From NCBI GenBank assembly GCA_024346625.1, contig AP024665.1, positions 2,356,001 through 2,420,000 of the forward strand: 64,000 nt of DNA. Reading direction: 5' to 3'. Under the pieces are notes generated by a model. The model did not search any database. It had not been told where the DNA came from and saw only the letters and a list, made by a program, of their open reading frames with translations. The DNA is from Williopsis jadinii. Its lineage: Eukaryota. The position numbers and the translations under genes were made by a program. Shown here piece after piece: positions 43,761 through 54,200 of this stretch; the stretch's first letter is position 1; the number at the start of each line of letters is the position of its first letter.

Positions 43761-46024
43761 ATACTGTTAGCAAGTACCAATAATTCCTTCAATAAAAGAT
43801 CTTCAGGATCGCTCTCTATCCTTAGAGCATCGACAACCTGTAACATCAATGATCTCAATTCAAGTTTACTGATCTCTTGTGCCCTTTGTAGAGCATCGGT
43901 GAGGAAATTAAATGCTCGTTTTCTATGTTCTTCAGGAGGGAGGTCTTCATAATTGCCCACCAGTTGATCTGAACTCTGTTGTTGAGCCCAGCAAACCAGG
44001 GTTGCAAGATAAAGAGAGTAAGCAACATGTGGTACCCTTGAAATGATGCTCTGGTTTGACAAGATTGTCTGCAACAGCAGACATGACTGCGTCAATGCAT
44101 ATTCTCCGTCTTTGGACTTTGCCCAAGTGATGATGAGAATTTTATTTTTTGTTGTTTCAATTGCATCAAACCTTAGCTTCCCTGGGGAATTGATCAGAAC
44201 GCTTGAAAGCTCTGAATTGAGTGATTTGATCACTGTCTTAGAGTATTGAACAACCATACCAAAGTTACTGTACAGACCCATAAGCCCACAGTTTAAAAGC
44301 GTAATATTTGCCCAAAAAAGCGGCGAGGCATCATATCTGTTCAACAAGGTAGGTAGATCTTGTAACGCGGCCGCATTTGCAACGGCAATATTATGGTGAA
44401 AGTACTCACGCCAGCTGAAAAAAGCATGTTCAATTCTTGCAGCTATGGTGTTGAGAGTTTTTGCACTCTCTTTACTCTCAGTCATGAAAACGTTTCTAGT
44501 CCTCAACTCCCTCACAAGCGATAAGACACCATGCAACAAGACAAACCTTGAAAATTGAGAAAAACAATTGAGGTGATACTCCTCTTGTCCACCTGTGTAT
44601 GGTTGCATCAACCGTCTTATACTCCAGAGAAAGTTTGGCCATCTACTTTCAGACTTAACATTTGGTATGAGATTACCATTTGACATAACATCCTCCTTAT
44701 TAATTTGATAGCGTTTTTCCAATGTGCCAGGATTGGCATAGTCTCTCCTTGCGACCAAATCACGAGGTAACATACGATATGCTGCTGCAAAATGGACAGC
44801 GTCCGGTGCCATCCAAACAGAGTCCGTGTATGGCAGTTCCAACTGAACGTCAAAGACTGAAATAGAAGAGGAAGTACCGATCAGGAAGGAGCTCTGGGTA
44901 TCCAGGATATATGCAAAAAATGCAATTCTTTTCAAGCTTTCGTATCGCACCCAGTTGCTCCACTTGATGAAGTCCACATCCTGTGGGTCTAAGTACGGCT
45001 CGGTCAAGTTTACGTACAGCTCCATCTGTTTCAAAATGTTAATGATAACTGGATGATGAATGGTGAATTTGATGTGCTGTTGGGCATCACCATAGTACAA
45101 ATGGAAAATATCACTTAGAAGGGCAGATTGAACCAACTTCAACGATATTGTCGACATGTTGTACTCGGTAGTATCCAAAAGGTGATGGATGTGACCTCTC
45201 AGCGCTCTTTGAATTTCGATAGACTGTAGACGTGCGTGCTGTGGCGGTACTTGTGAAGATCCCAAACATGCCATTCCAAGTGTTATTAAAGATAGCAAGA
45301 AGTATATACCCAAGTTATACTTTTCAAATGCATTGAGATCCAAAGTAGGTCTATGAATAAGCGGGAAAACCGCACCAAAGAACTGCCAGTAGCTTGTGAG
45401 ATAAACATTAACGTTTTCCCTTGACATTATGTGGTCGCTAAGCTTAGTTTCATTCCTGATGAAGCGCTGCAGCTTTATAAGTGTATCATCGCTGACTCCG
45501 AATTCCATTATTTGAAGTTCTTGATTAGCATGCAACGTCTTGCTGATATCTTCCCTCGGATCAAAGCTCACCTCTGATGGAGTGGCAGATCCAAATAACC
45601 ACCCAAACGAGTCCTCAATCGCGTTTGCAACGTTAGAGAACCTCCCGCAGTTCATCAGGTTTTCAATAGACTCACTATCAAAGGGATCAGCATCCGATGC
45701 ATGGGAGCTCTTCTCATCATCGTGTTGCAGCGGCTTCAACCGCTTTGTTGGCGGAAACAGTTGATTGGCAGAGTTCAAATCTATGTTGAACGTCCCTGTG
45801 ACCCTGCTGTTATCCTTGCTCAGTAGCTCCAGTTGATGGCTCTTCGAGCGGAAGTGCTTGTCAAGAAGATCCCTACGGGCAAACGACTTCTGGCACAGGA
45901 GGCATTGGAAAGGTCGAACGTTTGAATGATTTCCCTCATGTCTCGTTAAATAGTCTCTTCTTTTGAACGCCTTCCCACAGCCCGGGAACGAGCACTCGAA
46001 TTTCCGGTCCACCTCGACGTCCAT
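43757..46024 (-). CDS. Transcription factor with two N-terminal C2H2 fingers and a fungal TF middle homology region
   Basis: CSFPGCGKAFKRRDYLTRHEGNH, CLLCQKSFARRDLLDKH, FPLIHRPT and ESLKRIAFFAYILD. Confidence 0.9.
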   Translation of the reverse strand: MDVEVDRKFECSFPGCGKAFKRRDYLTRHEGNHSNVRPFQCLLCQKSFARRDLLDKHFRSKSHQLELLSKDNSRVTGTFNIDLNSANQLFPPTKRLKPLQHDDEKSSHASDADPFDSESIENLMNCGRFSNVANAIEDSFGWLFGSATPSEVSFDPREDISKTLHANQELQIMEFGVSDDTLIKLQRFIRNETKLSDHIMSRENVNVYLTSYWQFFGAVFPLIHRPTLDLNAFEKYNLGIYFLLSLITLGMACLGSSQVPPQHARLQSIEIQRALRGHIHHLLDTTEYNMSTISLKLVQSALLSDIFHLYYGDAQQHIKFTIHHPVIINILKQMELYVNLTEPYLDPQDVDFIKWSNWVRYESLKRIAFFAYILDTQSSFLIGTSSSISVFDVQLELPYTDSVWMAPDAVHFAAAYRMLPRDLVARRDYANPGTLEKRYQINKEDVMSNGNLIPNVKSESRWPNFLWSIRRLMQPYTGGQEEYHLNCFSQFSRFVLLHGVLSLVRELRTRNVFMTESKESAKTLNTIAARIEHAFFSWREYFHHNIAVANAAALQDLPTLLNRYDASPLFWANITLLNCGLMGLYSNFGMVVQYSKTVIKSLNSELSSVLINSPGKLRFDAIETTKNKILIITWAKSKDGEYALTQSCLLLQTILSNQSIISRVPHVAYSLYLATLVCWAQQQSSDQLVGNYEDLPPEEHRKRAFNFLTDALQRAQEISKLELRSLMLQVVDALRIESDPEDLLLKELLVLANSI

Positions 46025-46426
46025 TTCTCAACTTCAAGCAGCGTTATTGGTGGATATGGTGTGCTTTGTTTTGTTATTTTCTGCTTTGTTTTGTTCCCCA
46101 ATTCTGCCTGCAAAGTTGTTATTGAAATTCGTAACACAAAGCAAAAAAAGAAGAAACAGCACAAAACTAAGACAAATTCTCGGCAGGGGCCACATTTCCA
46201 ACCTTAAAAGTTATTCAGAGCCGCGCTGGCGAGATTTCTTGCGGGGGTCAGGTGGTGAGGTGTTTGGATGTTGTGTTGCCCCAGTCACTTTAGTCATGTC
46301 AGGCTTTCAACAGAGTACATAATCTGGCCCAGTTCTACACAGGAAAGACCCGTATAAGGTGATATAAAAGGAAAGCATTAAGGTACGGGGGAACGAAAGA
46401 AAGTAAATAAGTATGCCACTTCAGTT

Positions 46427-48091
46427 CTATAGTTTCGATGATAATGACACGCTCTCAAGCTCAAGGCTGGTGGAGTCACCCACGGTGCAGATCTCTTCAA
46501 TTAAGCTGCCGTCGGGGGTGTAGACATCGTCAACTTTGGTACCTGGTTGGACAGTTTTATTTGGGAAGATCTTCTCCAGCAGAAACAAGCTTGTCATTGA
46601 GAACACGATGCCTACGAGGTAAGAGATTCTGTAAATGTAGGTCCAGCCTCCACGGGTTTTATCCTCACAGTCAAACACCAAGCCCGGAATGAGGAAAACG
46701 GTTCCGATGAAGAAGGATGCGATAGATCTCCAGTCGATGCCGTCCCAAAACCAATAAATGGATTGCCTGTTATCGATGTAGAGGTCCTTTAGGAGGATTT
46801 TCCTCTTGTATGTGACAAAATATTTCAGAATGACGTTGCCCGTTTGTGCAGAGGCAAAGCAACCCCATCCAGTGCCAAAGACAATGACAGCTTTGGCGCT
46901 TGTCAGAATCTTCCAGGGCCAGATAAGGACGCCAATAGCCATGACGATGAACGTGCCTCTTCTAATGTTGATGTACTTTGGAAATAGACCGGCCATATCC
47001 ATAGCAGATGACAAGGAATTGAACAAAAGGTTGATCGCAAGCTGTTGTGCAACAAACGACGCCGAGGCAAAGAAAACAGCAGCTCGTGAGGCCGAATTGA
47101 AATGATTATACTTCAAGATGGCACATAACAGCGCAATCGGATTCCATATCACTTCACCCATGAATTCTTTGGATGCAGATGTGGTTATTGCTCCCATGAC
47201 GCAGGCAAATACCAGAGCCGTAGGTGCGCCAATCATCTGTGCATATATAGGACCTCTCTTTGTAGTAGAATACCGTGTGAAGTCTGACTGTCCCAGTATG
47301 CCAGTTCCAGCGCTGCCTAGCACGGAAAATATGCCCTGAACACATGCCCAACCAAGAGATCCGCTGGGGTAGTTACCGGAAGGTTGGCTAAATAACTCAC
47401 CAACTCCGTGAGCATGTTGTACGGAATACCCCAGCATCCCCAAGAACGTACCAACGATGAAGAAAGTGACCGTTCTGAAGAACCAGTGCAAATTTTCAGG
47501 TTTGATGAATAGACAAGGCACCATCAGGACACAGTAAACCACCAGCCCAACCAAATTCGCAGAAGTGATGTCGTTTCTGTTGTTAAAAGTATCCCAAGTT
47601 AAAAAGGATGGACTGAGGCAACCGAGCATTACAGCAACGGCCTGTGCCCCGTAGTATGCCTGGACTCCCCACCAAATGATCCCAGTAATGATCCGCAGAA
47701 CAATACCAAATTTCGCACCGTAAATGCCATAAACCATACGGGCAAGAACAGGGTATCCGATATGATGATAAGCACCGATTGTTCCCATCAGCGCAGCGAA
47801 CATACCGTAGATTATACCAGCGGCAAATGAACACAGGATGGACTGTTTAACGCTTAGTCCGAACCCGACAAGCGAAGAACCAGTGGTATAACCTGTGATA
47901 GAGCATGCCTCGATAACCCAATACATCGCATACGCAGATGCTGTCCACGTCCGTCTATCCTTCCCAAAGGGAATCAGGTCTCTGTTCGTCAAGGGATCAT
48001 TCTGGCGGCCCTCCTCCGTGGGGACCTGAAGCCTCTCGGGCCAGCTTCTGCTAGCCTTTGTCATCCCGCGCAGGTGCAAAGAAAAAGACAT
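46427..48091 (-). CDS. NCS1 nucleobase:cation symporter (Fur4/Dal4/Thi7-like)
   Basis: LTNRDLIP, RRTW, IGYPVLARMVYG, DFTRYS, PKYINIRRG and WPWKIL motifs; about 12 TM segments. Confidence 0.93.
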   Translation of the reverse strand: MSFSLHLRGMTKASRSWPERLQVPTEEGRQNDPLTNRDLIPFGKDRRTWTASAYAMYWVIEACSITGYTTGSSLVGFGLSVKQSILCSFAAGIIYGMFAALMGTIGAYHHIGYPVLARMVYGIYGAKFGIVLRIITGIIWWGVQAYYGAQAVAVMLGCLSPSFLTWDTFNNRNDITSANLVGLVVYCVLMVPCLFIKPENLHWFFRTVTFFIVGTFLGMLGYSVQHAHGVGELFSQPSGNYPSGSLGWACVQGIFSVLGSAGTGILGQSDFTRYSTTKRGPIYAQMIGAPTALVFACVMGAITTSASKEFMGEVIWNPIALLCAILKYNHFNSASRAAVFFASASFVAQQLAINLLFNSLSSAMDMAGLFPKYINIRRGTFIVMAIGVLIWPWKILTSAKAVIVFGTGWGCFASAQTGNVILKYFVTYKRKILLKDLYIDNRQSIYWFWDGIDWRSIASFFIGTVFLIPGLVFDCEDKTRGGWTYIYRISYLVGIVFSMTSLFLLEKIFPNKTVQPGTKVDDVYTPDGSLIEEICTVGDSTSLELESVSLSSKL

Positions 48092-49327
48092 AGGTCAGAC
48101 GTCTCTCAAGAGTGCATACAACAAGATGCACTTTCTGGAGGTTAGAGGGCACCACCCTAAGTTCTTATACGTGCGTAGGATGGACGAGAGTATCTGTTCC
48201 AAGTGAAGAGAAGCCAAGTACCCACAGTTAACTTTTACACAGGTGTGGATTATAAGATTACTCCAACGACCCCCCTGTAGAAAAAGTAAATATCCATGAC
48301 AATTTTTTTTGAGTCATTCGCTGGAAATGTTAGGTGAAAAATACAGCTTAAATTTAGAACAACAAAAGAGCTTTGATTAAATGGAAATCTCTTTCATCAA
48401 ACACTGGTGAATTAGGGACGATATTTCTCTTCAATCTCTGGTTTGGTGTTGGCTCAGAGAATTCAGCTAACGGAAATGAACTTATAGCGTAGGAGATGAC
48501 TTTCACAAGCTGATTTTGAGCTGGTGTGCTTAATCAGGCTCTCGGACAGCAGTAGGAAAGAAGCTGCGAGCACTAAAACTACATGGAAACTGCGGCTGAA
48601 ACGCTTATCTTTCGCAATATCAAGACAACCAAGAATTACTTCGGCAAGACGCCTCGATGTCGGTGCTGTCGTAATCAATGACATATTCACAGTGTTTTAC
48701 ACCAAGTGGACAGCAGGAAACTCCATAGAGTGGGCAAGTAAGGTTTACGTGGGTTTGTTTATTCTTCTGCTGTGCTCTTGTCTGCCGTGTAAAAGAACCC
48801 ATGTGTCCATTAGCCCCAGAACTGGACCCTAGAGGCACATTTGGACTTGACACCAGCCACCACGAGCACAGTGTTAGTATAGGAGCCCTTGAAGGCCATT
48901 GGTGTAGTTACCTTCTGAGGAAAGATTCTCTGGCTTTGCACCCCAATATCCCAATGGTAGTTCGCCTGCTTCAGCAAGTGGGAAATGATCTATTTACAAC
49001 TGCGGTGAAGCTACTCTTGTCTGTAACAAGGCTGACTGTAGCATGCAACAGTGAATTCTATACATGCAATCGTATACTGAAGCCACACTCCGAGATCTTT
49101 TCGCCTGAGAATAGGAGCATCGTATCCCTGAGATGAGCCCTCAGTTTGATCAAGTTCTACCCAGTCATAACCATAATACAACCTCCATTCAATTTATCCT
49201 TATACAACTCAGAATGTGTTACATTCCACACTGAGAATAGATTACCCTCTCTTATCTGAAGAAATACGGAGCTAGAACCAATAGAGTTGTCAGATTGATT
49301 ACATCGCTTCTTGTTGAGATTTTAGTC

Positions 49328-49367
49328 CTCCAACTCCAACGACATTCCTCCACTTTTCTTGGTGGAG
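49328..49367. promoter_or_regulatory. Adr1-UAS1-like inverted repeat CTCCAC-N8-GTGGAG plus two CTCCAA half-sites
   Basis: CTCCAA at 49328 and 49334; CTCCAC at 49348-49353; GTGGAG at 49362-49367; about 190 bp upstream of the dioxygenase. Confidence 0.45.
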
Positions 49368-49552
49368 AAAATTTACACACATATGAAACGAGTGTGGTGG
49401 CATCGGTATTTTGAGGAACCTTGTTGATATTGATTCATGAGAAGTTCACTAAGCAACTACTATCAAGGGGATATGTGCTGCTAAAGACCTTTGAATCTTC
49501 TCTTGTTACCTGAGGTTCTACGTCCCGTCGTTATAAGTAATACGTTAGAACA

Positions 49553-50551
49553 ATGTCCCACAATCAGTCCACCGTCTCAGTGATCGATTTCCAGCAGTTC
49601 CATGAGGGTACCAAAGCAGGGAAACTCGCAGTGGGGAAGGAAATGGTAAAGATGATGAGAGAGGTTGGTTTCATGTATGTCATGAACCATGGAATCCCTG
49701 AAACTGATCAACGACGTATGTTTGAATGGTCAAAGAAGTTCTTTGATCTCAGCGAGTCTCAAAAGGCCAAATGCTCGCACCCTTCAGAAGGTGCCCATCA
49801 CAGAGGTTGGTCACACGTTGGCAAAGAAAAGGTGGTGCAAATGGTTTTCGACAAAAAGGAGGTGGATAAGCTTCGAAAGGTCCCAGATATTAAGGAATCT
49901 TTCGACCTTGGCAATGAGAATAACAAGCAATTCTACAACATTTGGCCAGATGAAGACGACATCCCGGGGTTCAAAGAGTACTGCCAATACTATTTCAAGG
50001 TATGTGATGCAACTGGTAAGCTCTTTTTGAGAGCAATTGCGTTGGGAATGGGCCTTGAGGAGGAGTTCTTCCTACCTTATCATGACGAGTCCGACAATCA
50101 ACTGAGGCTTCTTCATTACCCTTCAACGGATGAAGAGTCATTGAAAACAGGTAAAGCTGAAAGAGTTGCATCACATACAGACTTTGGGACTTTGACAATG
50201 CTTCTACAAGATGACTGCGGTGGATTACAAGTCGAGGATCCCTTCAACAAAGGCACTTATATTCCAGCTCCGCAGATCAAAAACACAATCATTGTCAACA
50301 CGGGTGACTTCCTGATGAGATGGTCAAATAATCAACTCATCTCAACTCTTCATAGAGTGACAAATCCACCCGTGGATTCAGCAAATGGCATTTCTAAAGC
50401 ACGCTATTCTATTCCGTTTTTCATCGGTGCAAATAAGGATAGGGTCATCGATGCATTGGAAGGCACATATTCAGATACAAACCCCAAGAGATATCCACCA
50501 ATAACAGCAGGAGAGTATTTGGCTGCTCGTCTTAATGCCACATACAATTGA
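49553..50551 (+). CDS. Fe(II)/2-oxoglutarate dioxygenase, IPNS-like fold, thymine-7-hydroxylase-like subfamily
   Basis: HTDFG...HRV iron triad, RYS 2OG motif, GKEKV...PDIKESF, LRLLHYP and C-terminal YLAARLNATY. Confidence 0.9.
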   Translation: MSHNQSTVSVIDFQQFHEGTKAGKLAVGKEMVKMMREVGFMYVMNHGIPETDQRRMFEWSKKFFDLSESQKAKCSHPSEGAHHRGWSHVGKEKVVQMVFDKKEVDKLRKVPDIKESFDLGNENNKQFYNIWPDEDDIPGFKEYCQYYFKVCDATGKLFLRAIALGMGLEEEFFLPYHDESDNQLRLLHYPSTDEESLKTGKAERVASHTDFGTLTMLLQDDCGGLQVEDPFNKGTYIPAPQIKNTIIVNTGDFLMRWSNNQLISTLHRVTNPPVDSANGISKARYSIPFFIGANKDRVIDALEGTYSDTNPKRYPPITAGEYLAARLNATYN

Positions 50552-51254
50552 TCATATTAAGGGTGTCTTTATATGAGAAGACATATCTGGGTCACAGGGA
50601 GTGTCATTCGAATTGCATTGGAAACATCCCATTTATTTTAGGGCACGAATGACTAGCAGAGCAGAAGTTAGTGGGGTCTTAATGAGATGATGTGGCCCAG
50701 AAGTATAAACCAATTACCCAATCAAACAGATCTTTTGATTTCGCCGATGCCCATTTCATGGGGATACTGTAAACTCTGGTCTGTGGTTTTATTTACAGTT
50801 GTACATGCAAAGATAGTCTTGGTGGTCTTTTTGCTCGATATAACCAAACAAGTTCAAGGTCATGACACGAATAAATGGAGTAAAAGTACTTATTTCTGAT
50901 ATGTTTTCGTTTCATCAAAAAGAAAGAAACAATCCATTGAGAACAAAACTTCTCACTCAATCAGTTCTCCGTCTAAATCGATGTGAGAACGAGTTTCTTT
51001 TCTCAGTTGCTAAATCTCGGCATCACCAGCAGATTCAGAATTGATCATGGTCAATATGCACGCACCAATTATATGGGATGTGTCACTCTCTCGAATGCGT
51101 ACACCCTAGATTTAGTGACCCAACAACTCGATGGGGTTGAGTCTCAGCTGATCATGGAGTGTCATTCGAAGAACACGACGGTACTTAAGCCACCTTCTCT
51201 GACGTTCCCGATAAAGCCAATCTAGCATGAGTTCCATAAACAAAAGGTTCAGCC

Positions 51255-54200
51255 ATGAAATTAGCAAGCTTTGTTTTGAAATTATTGCTCGTGATTCCTC
51301 TTGTCTTTGCACAGAGTGCTGAGATATACAATGTTGGTTTTACTACGGTTACAACCCAGCTAAACCTTGCTAGAACCCTATCACACTTGTGCTACTATCA
51401 GACGTTATCTGGAGCACTAAGAGATAGAGCTTACTCGTACATGTACACCATTAGGGGTGAGACCACAAGATCCACTGTTCTATTTGTCCCTGTTACTTAC
51501 CGGCAATTCACACTCACTTGGTATTTTCGGTTTGAGGATCCTATCTACGCCACGGATCTTGCTGCTGCTTATAGTGGCTCCGACATCTCCAATCTCGCAG
51601 GCGTTGTCAACTTAGAGCAGGGTGAACTGATAGCCTCATACAAAGCGACATTTCCCCAGCTTACAATCATCACATCTGTCCTGAGCTTTTGCACCTTGCA
51701 GTATGTAAGTTGGACATGGAGTACGTATGATCCAAATGGCAATGTTGAATTCTTGTCCTTTTACACAGGTAACATCGGGTCCTCTGCAACACAACTACTG
51801 GATGGTATAGTTTGTGGAGCAGTGAATTTGCTTAACTGTCGAGTGTACTCCACAAGTTTGAGCTATGCGTGCAGCGATATGTCTTCCTCAAACTGTAACA
51901 AAGCCGCAGTTCTGAGCGCTGATTTGGGTTCATCTCATCAAACACGTACTTCTTCACAAGTCCAAACGACATACTCAAGTCCAGAGGCAGTGAGTTCTTC
52001 TACAGAAGAAGCTTCAGGAACTCATAATCAGCTTCAACCCTACACTACAGTTATTTGGGAAGACGGTGAGAGTGTACAAACTGGTGTTGTTTCTTTCTAT
52101 GTCACAACAAATAATGCTGGTGATCTTGTCACCACACAAACAACGATCTTTGATGCTAGGTTACCAGATACATCCACTCCAATTTACTGGAATGAATCAA
52201 CTTGGGAAAATGGTGTTGGTTCTTCTTCTACGATGACGGAGGATCATGGGAGCCCTATAATGATAACTGCAGCCTCAGATGTTACTGGTCCAGTTGTCGC
52301 TACATTTGCTGAGGGGGATCAAACATCAACAGTTGAGGAACTTCAATCCCCATATACAAGAACTCACTTGGACAGTTTCGGCTTAGCTCACACTGAAATA
52401 GTGTCCTTTTATGCTACCACTGATGATGATGGTTCACTCGTTACAACGTCTACTACTTTTGAAATGGATATCATTCCCGCTCCTTTCACGACGACTTTAG
52501 CAGCAGAGATGGGATATCAAACTGCCGTGGTTTCATTTTATGCAACCACTGATGAAGACGGAATTCTAGTTACTGAGACTACTACATCTACGATTAACAG
52601 TATACCAACACCACTAACAACGCTATATGAAAATCAAAATGGCGATGATCTCTTTGGGATCGTCTCCCATTATGCTACCACTGATGAGTACGGTGAGCTA
52701 ATAACTACATCCACAACATCATCACTTAATGGTCTTCCAGCACCTTTCACTACTGTTTTCCTTGGTGGTGAGGGAGATTTACAAAGTGGTGTTGTATCGT
52801 TTTATGTGACAACTGAAAGCAACGGTGACCTAGTGACCTCCGATACAACAAAAATCCTTGATAAGATCCCAGCACCATACACGACAACATTTGCTGATCA
52901 CGAAGGCCTGGCACAGTACGGCGTTGTTTCTTTTTACGCAACGACTGATGATAATGGCAATTTTGTTACATCAGTAACGACCTCAATCATGGATGGCATT
53001 CAGAGTCCGATATCTGTGATCTTTACAGATGAAAATGATGATATTCACTCTGGTGTTGTGTCCTTCTTTGTGACTACGGATGATGCTGGACTGTTGCACA
53101 CGACATCTACAACCTTGGTGGCACAAGGAGTCCCAACTCCGTATACAACAACTTACGCTAACGAGCAAGAACAGGCCCTGGTGGGTATTGTATCATTCTT
53201 TGCTACTACTGATGAAGCTGGTAATTTGATAACCACTTCAACAACTTCTTTGTTGGATGGGGTTCCGACTCCATATACCACGACATACTATGAGGATGAC
53301 ACAGCTCAGACTGGAATCGTCAATTTTTATGTAACAACTGATGATTATGGCAGCTTAGTAACAGAAACGTCAACGTTGGATGTTTTTGGTGTACCTGCTG
53401 CCTATGCTACTACATTCACTGATGCTAACAATGAAATACAATCCGGTACCGTGTCATTTTATGCTACAACAGATACTGGTGGGAACCTTGTGACGACATC
53501 AACAACTCATATTGTGACTGCAACGACCTCTCCGTACACTACAACTTTTACTGACAATGATGACAATGTCCAATCTGGAATTGTGTATTTCTTTGCTACA
53601 ACCAATGATGAAGGTGCTCTGGTAACTGATTCAACAACATCGCTGTTGGATGACATTCCTGATCCTTACACTATTATTGCGGAAGGTACTTTGGGTGCAG
53701 AAGTTGTTTGGTTCTATGCGACAACCGATGAAAATGGTGAATTGATCACAATGTCTACAGCTTCACAAGCTCATGGACCTCCAGGACCAATAACTGACAC
53801 TATTTTTGGAGAAGAAGGAGAGATCAAAACAAGGGTTGCATCATTCTTCGTTACACTCGATGATGCTGGAAGTTTGATCACAACTTCAACAATTTCAGAA
53901 CTCGATACTCTTCCTACTCCCTTCACAACTACGTTTGCTGATGATTTTGGGATTGCTCAAACTGGAATTGTTTCATTTTATGTGACAACTGACGAGAATG
54001 GTGATCTGTTGACAACTTCTACCCTGGAAGCACTGCTAAATCCCCCATCGCCTTATACAACCACTTTTGTCAACGACAATGAAGTTATTCAGACAGGTAT
54101 TGTTACATTCTTTGCGTCGACGGATGACCAGGGAGCCCTTACGACATATACACGCACTGACGTTATATCAGATATCCCAGATCCTTACACAACTAGATAT

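Noticed and set aside
48463..49136. Short ORFs between the NCS1 and dioxygenase genes
   Set aside because: Mutually overlapping, mostly non-ATG starts, no motifs; treated as promoter sequence.
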